Made by a program: the position numbers and the translations under genes. Below, piece by piece: positions 22,637-32,789 of a stretch of 64,000 bases of DNA. Each line of letters starts with the position of its first letter. Position 1 is the stretch's first letter. Source of the DNA: Ramazzottius varieornatus. Taxonomy: Eukaryota > Animalia > Tardigrada. The stretch is from contig BDGG01000001.1 of assembly GCA_001949185.1 (NCBI GenBank), positions 8,499,018-8,563,017 on the forward strand, in the 5' to 3' direction. The notes below the pieces were generated by a model. It searched no databases and was not told the origin of the DNA. It was given only the letters and a program-made list of their open reading frames with translations.

Positions 22637-25008
22637 CAAGGGATTAACGCCAATCGGTTCCCTCTGAGGAGATTCAGGATGCGCAGTCTGATAGAGGACA
22701 GTTTCCTTCAGAGATTGAGCTAAACAAAAGGTCCGAAAAGAAATCCTGAAATTAATTATGGGAAGAGGAAGTTAAGTACAAGTTTGCCGCTGGTGACGTA
22801 AACGGCAATCTTGCTTTTTGATCTATAGTCCACACTGTATGAAAAACTCTGCCAAGTGTCAATACAAATCAAGGAATATATAGCTCACAGGGGTGGTAGA
22901 CATCGTAGAAATGGGAGAAGCAAAGAGGACCCTTGCACCAACCACAAATCAACATGACAGTGTTTTTACAGTGTTTTTACAGTGACTAGTCAACTTATCG
23001 AAGCAAAACTCGGCAGGGTTGACGTTTCTAATCCATTCACCTGTGTATCCGGATTCGTACCAAGCTGCGGGAACAAGATTCTCAAATCTAGGAGACTGGA
23101 ACTGCTGATAGATTAACGAATGTAATTTGAGTATTACATCCCTGTGATGCATTTGGATAGGTAGGTTGTGCAGAATCACGAAGTTAGAAATCTTTTTGAA
23201 GAATCCTTTGTACATTCTGAAAAACAGAACATCGAGAGGCTGAATATCTCCGGTCACTTTCGATGGGATTCGAAGCACTTCGTATTCCAAGTTCTCAGGT
23301 TTGAGTTCCATCACAGAGTCTTGATCGTTGAAAGTCGTCCAGGAATCAGCCAGCAGAACGCACCGGTCCACCATATGAGGAAAAAAGACCTCAGCGCACC
23401 ATTCCAAGTAGAGCTTCTTAGTCATCTTTCCTGATGTTGAAGCCCTCACGTACAAATTTTCAGCTTTGAACATCGCGCGAGTCACAATTGGCCCAAATAC
23501 TCCCTTTCGTTCCTGCAAAGTCAGAAAAGGCTTTGGAAGAAACTTGCGAGTTCCAGGAGAAACAGTCATCATTACGGTGTAACTATGAGTCATGGAGTTT
23601 TCGGACTGGGTTATAGCTTCCACTTGTTTGACACCACAAATATCCAACGTACGACCAGGTCTCATCTCATATTCAAAACCTGACTGATCCGCATTCCACA
23701 GACAGTCCAGTCCGTAATCTGCGATCCTTGATCGGACGAGAGCTACACAGTCGGCGGCGCTCTGTTTCACCTTTGGAAGTTCCTTGAAGGACTTTTCAGT
23801 CACAAACTTCGTGATCTTTCGATCGCAAATACTATGATATCTGAAATAATTAATTAACTGATTGATTTTAATGATAGATAACAAATCTATCGCTGCAAAC
23901 TGATATGAAAATATACCGTTTTAGTTTTCCAATCCAGTCAGGAGACGCTTCGAACCCTCCAAACCCACGGCCTGATTTGCTGTAAGTGCCCATCGACGAA
24001 GATTCAGATCCTTGACCACATGCTTCTTCTTCGCCAAAAAGAACTGTATCCCAGTTTCCAGTCTAAGCGCTTTCAGCTTGTCCATACGTGAACCACCCGC
24101 TTCCACATGCTTCTCCCAATCTTGACGGACACTGGTTACTCTTGTAAATCGATTTTGGACTGCTGTAAGACTGCGTCGTTTTTTCGAAGTCGCGTTTCTC
24201 CAAAACGCAACCGAACGTTTCTTATAGTCCAAGTCAACCATCTGACTGGGTTCGGCTCTTGGATCTGGAATCTTTGGAACGAACATTCCATGTGAAGAAG
24301 GTTCAGTGCCGCTGGAAGGAGGCTTGGTCGTCACGTTGTCATCCAACTCCGCTTCGTCAGGAGCGGTCAACAAGTTGAAGCTAATGATAGACTTCTCAGA
24401 ATCCTCGAACGTTGCATGATCAATTTGCAGATCACACTGGAGATCTTCTTCGGTTGCTCGTAAAGGTGTGCCAGTTCCTGCAACCTTCTCGTCAATTAAA
24501 CCTAGACAGTGACAGGTTAGTAGCAACTTCCGACATGGTTTTTAGCAATGATTTCGATTTGAGTTACATAATCAGCCTTACCCTTGAGAACTTTCTTCAA
24601 CAGCTTATCAGCTTCACTTGGGGCATCGTCAAGCTGGAAAGTCTGTCTATAATCCACTTCGAGAAGCTTGAGAACATTCATGGGGTTGACGGCGTCCATG
24701 TTTTACGGAAGACTCTTGCAAAAAGTGAATGAGTTTTCAAAAGAGATGCCACTTAAAGGCTGAAAAAGATCAGTACAGAGCATCACTCAATCAAAGGCAA
24801 ATCAACTACTGAACAATCAAACGTTTTGATTTGGCCATGCCGTTTATGTCACCAGCGGCAAACTTGTACTTAACTTCCTCTTCCCATAATTAATTTCAAG
24901 ATTTCTTTTCGGACCTTTTGTTTAGCTCAATCTCTGAAGGAAACTGTCCTCTATCAGACTGCGCATCCTGAATCTCCTCAGTGGGAACCGATTGGCGTTA
25001 ATCCCTTG
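22637..25008 (-). mobile_element. Tc4/Tc5-type (pogo-related, DD37D) DNA transposon with 171-bp TIRs
   Basis: TIRs 22637-22807 and 24838-25008 (I count 3 mismatches) start CAAGGG. Flanks C-TGA| … |TGA-G give a TNA duplication in a CTNAG site. Confidence 0.92.
22872..24699 (-). pseudogene. Tc5-like DDE_1 transposase, frameshifted, with one intron near 23841-23917
   Basis: Catalytic motifs WNADQSGF, LLADSW and IQPLD, with 37 residues between the last two Asp. An HTH region lies upstream and a Cys/His tail (CKGPLCFSHFYDVYHPC) follows a frameshift. Confidence 0.85.
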
Positions 25009-25231
25009 TGAGAATAAGTGAGATAGAACGGGCGAAAACATGTGACTAGCTGAACAACCGGAATGCAGGGCGGCTAACTCAACAACCGCCCCTCGCAGTC
25101 ATGGTTCGGCTAGAACATCGAAACTGAATAATGGAGTCTAAGACTACTCTTGGTAGGCTTAGGGGATTTCTGGACCAGTAATGTCGTGTGTGCGGCATGT
25201 GGGCCGCAACTTTGATCCAGCCAGATTGCAA

Positions 25232-28200
25232 TCAACCCACCGTATCAGCTTTCCAATAAATTGTATTACACTTTGGTCGATTAACCACAATATCAACTGA
25301 CCGCTTCGACGTATTATTGATCCGCAAACGGATTCCGTGCGAGCTGTCGGTTTCTAACTGGGTCGTTACGCAATCAACGAGCACCGAGTTCGTAGGCTCA
25401 TGTCCAAGCCTACAGTCACTGTCACGGGTCATCGCCACCACCTGGTCCTCGTTTATAATTCCATACCTTCTGAACCCTTCGTCCGATTCCAGAAACTTAA
25501 ACACTGTGATGTAGAAGAGACTTTTGGCTTATCGATCACTTGACAGACATGTTCCTACTTCAACCGATCAACCGGTGAGCATCGAACGTCTCTCTTCGTG
25601 AAGTCGAAATTTGGTTCAGTCAACGTCATCTGTTACCCACAGCTGCCAAAGACTGCCAAACTATCATCATCGTATCCGACGTCAAGTCGTCTAGTGACTG
25701 GCGGCACCAGGTGTGATCCCATGTCTGCTGTTTCTGTGGGACCTGGTGGACACGACGTCTTGACGGGTCACATGGGACATTCTTCGGGTGAACGATTACA
25801 AGGCGAACAAGCAGGCCGAAATGGAAGGGATCCGTGGTTGCTTACCAACGCCACCTACCCGACACCAGAAGAGATTGCCGCCATCCTTCGTCATGTCAAG
25901 CAGCTGGATGTCCATCGTCAGGTATGCTCCTTCCCAACGTACTCAGTCTCCCGGGCTCCTTCGCCTCTACCGCAGTACGGCAATGAAATACCTTCCTCAC
26001 CTACCCCAGTTGTCTACAGTGTCGTTTCAAAAAAGCCATCTCCTTCTACTCATTTCAACTTCCCCCCAGTCACTCCTACTGTTGACAAGTTGCTTCGACA
26101 AAAATCAGCCTACGTGGTCTTCCAGGATCTGGTTACTGATAGATATGTGCCTGCTAACACCAAGCGCAAACAACCCGGTGACCCTAGTACAGGACACTTG
26201 GTGATCGTTGACTTGCCCTCCTGGCAAGATGTGTTTTTGACTTTCTCTCTCTATCGGAGCTACTATTACCCCGATATGGCTATACCTTTCCTTGCCTATA
26301 GTGGCATTATCCGGGGGTTGGCTTCACGAAAGCCTGACGTGCGCTTTTGGTTGGAATATGACCAACGTTTCCGTCAAAAGATGGCATTGCCGGATTCTGA
26401 TGTAACCGGGTGGTACCACGAGGACCGTGATATCGTTAAGGCCGTTAAAAATAATTTCAAGCCAACTGCTACTACCATCAGCACCGTTGCTCGAGGTCCA
26501 TACTCTGAGTGGATTCGCACCGCTACTTGCCATATATGCAGCGAGAAGGGCCATATCGCAACAACATGCCCCAGCAAGAAAGAAGGTGTGAATAGATCTG
26601 ATAGATTTTCTAACATGAAATCTGATGGCTCTAATTCTAACTCTGATGGTAATCGACCTAAAGCTGTGGTCCTGGATTGCAGTCGTTTCAACGAACCCGG
26701 TGGCCGCGCTGAACCATGTTATCAGAACTATGCCCATAACTGTTCGCAATGCCTCAAACTCGGGCATACCAAGCTCACCCATCGCTACGCTTAGTGTTCC
26801 ATCTACCTCGCTAGCACCCGTTCCTGTTACCACTCATCATTTTACTTCTGTTGAAATTCCTGATGAAGCATACACCCCGTTGATACCAGAACGGTTCGCT
26901 CATGCCCTGAAGGAATATCCCGACTCCGAATTTGCTGATTATTTCGTCAATGGTCTTATCAATGGTTTTCGCCCGGGTTATACCGGCCCTGATGTCACTC
27001 AAATTACTCCTAACGCTCGAACTGCTCGGGAACACCCTGAGGTCGTACGCGATTAAAAGAGGTCGCTGCAAAGCACACCGTCGGTCCTTTGGACCATCCG
27101 CCTTTTCCCCACTTCATTTGTTCCTCCATGGGTGTACGCCCCAAAAAACTAGGCGGAGTTCGCCTTATTATGAACTTGTCCAGACCCTTCAGAAAGTCAG
27201 TCAACGATTACATCTCGAAAACAGATTATACCCTTAACTTCTGTTCAGTCGACGACGCCATTGATATTTGTCTTAAACTTGGAAAGGGCTGTTTGATGGC
27301 GAAAACGGATTTGAAGGGCGCCTTTAGACTCATTCCAGTCGCGAAAGAGGATTGGCATCTGCTTGTTCATATGTGCGATGGAAAATATTACTTCGATACG
27401 GTACTGCCGTTTGGGTGTCGATCTTCACCTAGTTTGTTCGATGATCTCTCCAAAATTCTCGAATGGAAAATTAAGACCACTGGCGGAATGCTCGATGTTT
27501 TGCATTACATCGACGATTTCTGGTGGGCTGCACCTAGTTCGTCACCTGCGTGCCATCATACGTTGATTTTTATACGAGCATTATGTGCACACCTTGGTGT
27601 GCCCATAGCGGAAGAAAAAACCGAGGGCCCTACGACTAAACTCACCTTCCTCGGCATTCAACTCGATACTGAAACTCAGACTATCAGCATTCCGGAAAGT
27701 AAAGTTAGGGAAATTCAAGATTTGTTCACGGTATACAAAGCTAGAGTTAAAGCTACTAAACGGGAAATTCTTAGCATTTGCGGACAATTAGGCTTTGCAA
27801 CCAAATTAATCCCGGCTGGCAGAATCTTCCTCCGAAGGATGCTCAATCGTGCACATAAGGTTAAACAACTTGACCATCCTAAACTGAAACTGAACGATGG
27901 CTTCAGAGCAGATCTGCAGTGGTGGATAGATTTTCTTCCGACATGGAATGGCTCGTGCAAGTTTCTTCTGACAAAATGGGTGGCGACCCCAAGTATGCAT
28001 CTATTCACCGACGCATCAGATAGCATCGGTTGCGGTGGTGTTTACGGCGCAGAATGGTTTCAATTACGATGGCCAAGCTGGCTACTTGAAGCCAGACCAT
28101 CCATTGCTTTGTTGGACCTGTTGCCAGTTTTGATCTCGTGTTGTGTTTGGGGGTCAAACTGGCAGACAAAGCGAATCTTACTTCATTCCGACAATATGTC

Positions 28201-30189
28201 GGTGGTCCAGATCTGGGCAAGATGTACGTTATCGAATGTCGCCATCAAGACGGTGATACGCCGCATCTATTTTGAAGCGGCAAACAACAACTTCACGCTA
28301 AGAATAACGCACATAAGCGGCGTCGATAATACATTGGCTGATGCTGTGTCTAGATTCGACAACGCGCGGTTCTTCGAAAATCATCCCAAGGCCAATACCG
28401 AGCCCATAATGGTAGACAGCATCCTAGATTTTCTACGGGAGATGATGCTAGAACCCGGAAACTGTTCGAACTCGATGCAAGATCGCGAGAGCTCGTCAGT
28501 AAGCGATTGGCTACCTCTACCAGAAAAGGCTACCGAAGTGGATTTGAGCGATTTCGCTCTTTCTGTTTGAGCCATCATCTCCCTTATCTCCCTATGGATC
28601 GCCAAACCATCAGACGGTTCGTTTCCTGGTTGGATAGCGAAGGGCTAAGCGGGAAAACAGCGACAGTCTATGTAGCCGGCGTACGTTCAGAACAACTGGA
28701 GCACGGTTTCGAAGATCCTGGTAGAAATGACCATTACCTCTCAATGACGTTGAAAGGTCTAACCAACCAAACCCGTCCCGACACATACAAGAGAAAGCCT
28801 CTGACAATAGAGCATTTACGACAGCTCAAAGCTGACCTATTCGGATCTCTCATTCCTCGACACGACCAACTGATGCTTTGGTCGGCTTTCACCATGGCCT
28901 TCTACGGCATGTTACGTGTGTCCGAGTATACCAGTTCGAATGAGACAAGCTTTGACAAATCAAACCTTGTCCTGAACGACTTACAAATATCCTGCGATTC
29001 GGTCCAAATATGTTTGCGGCGAGATAAAACCCATCGCAAAACCGCACCTCCTGCAATTTATCTAGCAAAAACTCAAACGGATACTTGTCCCGTACAAGCC
29101 CTTCACGCTTATTTGCTAGTCAGTCTTCAGCAAGGCATACACCATTATTCATTTCCCATGATGGATGCTACCTGACTCGCCAACGTGTCAATCGCGAGCT
29201 ACAAATTTTTCTCGGGAATGGCTTTACCTCTCATAGTTTCCGGATAGGAGCGGCTTCGACGGCTTCTAAAGCCGGATGCTCCATGGAACAGATTAGGGCC
29301 ATGGGTAGATGGAGCAGCGACGTTTCAAACCGATACGTCCGACCAGATATGGTCTCCTTGACCCAAGCTATGCTGCGAATCTCAGGTTAGTTCAATCAGC
29401 CTTCGCTTGGGGTCTGTGTTTGGGGACTGTGCAAAGGCTGGGCAAATGGCTTACGCAATTGTGTATATCCGCCTACCTTGACAGTTTACCTTCATTGACC
29501 CCAAGTACTTCCGTGTTCGCTTCGTAATTAACGAAGGTCCGGGCGTCAATAAACGTCTGCATATGTCTCAAACAAAGAAGTTTCTGACACTTTGGAGAGT
29601 CTTACTGGTATCGAAGAGGTCAAAACTTAGTGACGACGATAACACAGCGCATACATGATTGAAAATTATTTTTGCGATCATTAATGATTTATATCTAGTC
29701 TCTGTTTAGACAATGAGGAAGCAAAGCACTCCAGGACAATAAATGAATTTACCGGTTAGCCGGATCTGGTGACGATCGATATTGGGGTTGCTGCAACGAT
29801 CAAATTCTAATTAGCTAAGCAGTAGCTCCGAATGTATCTTTTCGGTACCTACTTGATCGCGGGGTGGTAGTGGTAGTAGTAGTGGTGGTGGTGGTGGTGG
29901 TAGTCGGCGTTGGACCTGTGACTGCAGTAGTTGAGGGAGTTGTAGTAGTGGTGGTGGTTGAGGTGAAAGCGGTTCTTCGGATGGTGACGAGACGCTGTTT
30001 TCGCGTAGATAGCTGCTGATTCGAAACATGGATCGCATGTTTTTGCGACCCAAGTTGCGCACTTGATAGTTTTCCATTCGACTTGGGGGAACGAAGTTTC
30101 CCGCGTTGTCGTGCTGGGTCTGCCGAGATGCAGACGACGAGTGCAAAGACGACCGCGAACAGGAAAGAAAGCTTCAAAGTCAGCTTCAT
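25232..30189 (-). CDS. Secreted Thr-rich (mucin-like stalk) protein; exons 30189-29849, 29790-29753 and probably 25503-~25240, with the Ngaro element inside intron 2
   Basis: Signal peptide MKLTLKLSFLFAVVFALVVCISA and a poly-Thr tract. A 58-nt GT-AG intron leads to a 38-nt exon ending in phase 1, which matches the acceptor TCTCTTCTACATCACAG at 25504 opening an approximately 90-codon frame. Exon 1 is well supported; the later exons are inferred. Confidence 0.55.
25598..26794 (+). CDS. Gag-like protein with CCHC zinc knuckle
   Basis: WLEYDQRFRQKMA motif, CHICSEKGHIATTC knuckle and a second C/H cluster. First ATG at 25721. Confidence 0.85.
   Translation: MKSKFGSVNVICYPQLPKTAKLSSSYPTSSRLVTGGTRCDPMSAVSVGPGGHDVLTGHMGHSSGERLQGEQAGRNGRDPWLLTNATYPTPEEIAAILRHVKQLDVHRQVCSFPTYSVSRAPSPLPQYGNEIPSSPTPVVYSVVSKKPSPSTHFNFPPVTPTVDKLLRQKSAYVVFQDLVTDRYVPANTKRKQPGDPSTGHLVIVDLPSWQDVFLTFSLYRSYYYPDMAIPFLAYSGIIRGLASRKPDVRFWLEYDQRFRQKMALPDSDVTGWYHEDRDIVKAVKNNFKPTATTISTVARGPYSEWIRTATCHICSEKGHIATTCPSKKEGVNRSDRFSNMKSDGSNSNSDGNRPKAVVLDCSRFNEPGGRAEPCYQNYAHNCSQCLKLGHTKLTHRYA
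26625..28570 (+). pseudogene. Reverse transcriptase/RNase H, frameshifted near 27050
   Basis: Motifs KTDLKGAFRLIPV, LPFGCRSSP, LHYIDDF, LTFLGIQLD, LFTDAS, HSDN and DNTLADAVSR. Confidence 0.92.
28440..29390 (+). pseudogene. Tyrosine recombinase, frameshifted near 29120
   Basis: Motifs AFYGMLRVSEY, RRDKT, CPV, SHSFRIGAAS and GRWSSD…RYVR give the catalytic R-K-H-R-W-Y set. Confidence 0.92.
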
Positions 30190-30825
30190 CTTTGGTTAAG
30201 TAAGACGGCTGGAAGTTCTTTTTACAATGTGAAGAGACAGGCAGAACAGCGGCGGCTGACATTGATAAAACACCCTATCGACAGCCTGCTTTTATCTTAC
30301 TCCGCGTTTGACCGTTTACTGAATTTTTTGATAAAGAGCCAAGTGAGAGCTGCTGTACGCTGACTCAGGATGTGCTGGGGGTTGATATACAGGAAGTAGT
30401 TTACGGAGTAGTTCTTACCTTCCAGTTGGCACTGACAAGCGCATATTGGTAAAACAGTTTTCTACGTCCCTTTCCTCTATTCTCGACTGCTATTAGTAGT
30501 CTCATGAGGCAGATTAAATGTACTGCTACAGGTAGCGACGTTTTGACGGCATCCCGCCGTTCTGTTTGTCCCATACGAAAGATGCATCTGGGTGGTGGAT
30601 GGTAAGAGACATTGCTTTTGGCGCGCCTTTCGAAACCCGATTGAATGAAGATCGAAATATCTTCCTCTTTAGGACGTAATACATACATCAAAGCCTTCCG
30701 GACTGAAATCAACTGCTTCCGACGTTACAAGCGCGTGACCTGCTACACCGTTGATCAATGACGATGATACCCAGCTCTTGATTCCAGTTTCTGTCCAGCC
30801 ACGTATAACATACCAAATCGAGAAG

Positions 30826-32789
30826 GGATGTTTAAGTTCTCATTCATCAATTCATGTTCAAAAGTGCGTTTTCTTCGCTATTGTTGCTGGCGAATCGTGT
30901 GTCAATGATCCTTTAGGCAGCATGTTGGTATATCCGTATATCCGTATCTCCTACATAATATCAAATCTGCGATGGGAAGATGAGGATCGAGTGTGGCTAC
31001 TGATCCGAGCGAATAATACAAGAGGACAGTCTGCTGCCCATCCAGTGCCTCCCAACTCTCGGGGTGACGTTGTCTGTGATCTTTGTGGTTTCAAAGCAGC
31101 GAGTGAAGGCTACCTGAAGAGTCATCGGGGGAAGGGGCCATGTTTGAAGAGGCAGAAGCCACAGGCAGATCGAACAGTTGTTCTTGAGCGGAGCTTAACA
31201 CCCCGTGTAAATGTTTTTTTCCAGAACCCCCTGCTTTAGGTAAGCGTCCTCCCCCTACCCTACACAGAATCTCTCATGGAGCTAGAGGAACGGCCGCAGC
31301 TGCTTTTGCCAGCAAGATTAGAGACTGTATCCGGTCGAACACGGCCGATAGCTGGACCAGTCTTCTCCGCTTCCCCTCCATTGCCTTCCGGCAACCTGAG
31401 AAAGACAGTCAAATGAAGAAATCCCTGACGTCGATCGTGAAGGAGAATGTGTCCCGCCCTGCCATGAACGAAGTGACAGTGACCAGACACAGCAAGAAGG
31501 TGCGTAACAAGAAGATGGATGGGGACTCTTTGCTGAAGAGAAGGGTTGAGCAGAAGCTGAAGGATTGTGACGTCAGTGGAGCCGTCCGGATACTTTCCTC
31601 GGATGACGTCATAGTCCCGCCCACCTTGGAAACGTTGGAAGCACTCCGCTCAAAGCATCCCGCCGAGCAGGATAACCCGTCGTTTCCGCCGAAAGCGTCC
31701 CTCGTGCCCATGGTTGGACAAGTCTCTGCCGAGGAAGTCCTCCAAGCGGTAACCAGCTTTCCTAATGGGTCGGCCGGAGGCCCAGATGGGCTGAGACCTC
31801 AGCACCTCAAAGACTGTTTGAGAGGATCAAGAGATCCTGCCTCCACCGAACTTGCTGAGGCGCTTGCCTGCCTCATGACGTTGATGCTGGAAGGAAAAGT
31901 GCCTGATGAGATTTGCCCAGTTCTTTACGAAGCCTCTCTGACAGCACTTCTTAAGAAGGATGCTGGAATTAGACCGATCGCTGTTGGCAATACCCTACGT
32001 CGCCTGGCAGGTAAGATGATGAGCAAACGAATCATGGAAGCCATGGGAGTGTTGGTTCGACCCCAACAGCTGGGTTACGGTACGAAAGGTGGTGCCGAAG
32101 CAGTTGTTAAGAACAGTGCTGGACGGCATAGTAGACACGACGCTCTGAATGACATCATCCATCGTGCACTGACAAGTTGTCAGGTGCATAACATTAGAGA
32201 GCCTAATGGACTGCCACGAGATGACGGGAGGCGACCGGATGGCCTGACGCTCATGCCTTGGTGTCAGGGAAAGGCGTTAGCCTGGGACGTTACAGTGGTG
32301 GATACTCTGGCACAGACCTATCTCCAGGGATCCACCGAAAGGGTTGGGTTTGCTGCCAACCAAGCTGAGGAAAAGAAACGATCAAAGTACGTGGAGCTGG
32401 AAGGACGGTACCTGTTCTGCGCGGTGGAGTTTGAGACTTTCGGTGTTTTCGGGAACGAAGCGAGGGACCTCATCCAGAAGATTGGTAAGAAGATCATGGA
32501 TAGGACAGGTGAACCAAGATCTCTTTCGTTCTTGAAGCAAAAAATTAGCATTGAGATTCAAAGAGGAAATGCTGCTTGTGTTTTTGGTACTTTTGCTCAA
32601 AGTCGAGGTTTGGAAGAGATTTACAATATTTTAGATGCGAAGAAGAACCGCCTTTTGTCTGTGTGATAGATATTGTTTGTTTGTTTTCTGTGTGTGCGGT
32701 TTGGTCCTGCCAGGCCGGCATTATGCTTTTGAAATCTGGTTTTTTAGTGGTTTTAGCCGACTCAACATTTAAGGCTTAGTTCTTGAATT
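30826..32789 (+). mobile_element. CRE-like non-LTR retrotransposon (zinc finger, RT, restriction-like endonuclease), internally deleted, with 11-bp TSD
   Basis: AAATCGAGAAG flanks both sides (30815-30825 and 32790-32800). N-terminal CDLC…HRGKGPC finger; RT start GGPDGLRPQHLKD, GIRPIAVGNTLRRL, QLGYG; then directly the RLE region RHDALN…RPDG…WDVTV…EEKKRSKY. Confidence 0.88.
31413..32666 (+). CDS. In-frame fusion of RT N-terminus and RLE endonuclease (RT catalytic core absent)
   Basis: 417-aa ORF with the junction GGAEAVV|KNSAGRHSRH near 32107. No YLDD motif. Confidence 0.8.
   Translation: MKKSLTSIVKENVSRPAMNEVTVTRHSKKVRNKKMDGDSLLKRRVEQKLKDCDVSGAVRILSSDDVIVPPTLETLEALRSKHPAEQDNPSFPPKASLVPMVGQVSAEEVLQAVTSFPNGSAGGPDGLRPQHLKDCLRGSRDPASTELAEALACLMTLMLEGKVPDEICPVLYEASLTALLKKDAGIRPIAVGNTLRRLAGKMMSKRIMEAMGVLVRPQQLGYGTKGGAEAVVKNSAGRHSRHDALNDIIHRALTSCQVHNIREPNGLPRDDGRRPDGLTLMPWCQGKALAWDVTVVDTLAQTYLQGSTERVGFAANQAEEKKRSKYVELEGRYLFCAVEFETFGVFGNEARDLIQKIGKKIMDRTGEPRSLSFLKQKISIEIQRGNAACVFGTFAQSRGLEEIYNILDAKKNRLLSV

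Larger units (their letters stand above)
25533..29550 (+). mobile_element. Ngaro-type (DIRS order) tyrosine-recombinase retrotransposon, near full length
   Basis: Overlapping gag, RT/RNase H and recombinase ORFs, with no methyltransferase domain. AT occurs at both junctions (25531-32 and 29549-50). The 3' end coincides with the end of homology in the 9395 copy; the 5' boundary is inferred. Confidence 0.9.

Noticed and set aside
29811-30262. Poly-His and poly-Pro ORFs on the minus strand
   Set aside because: Alternative frames of the poly-Thr codon run; only the signal-peptide frame is credible.
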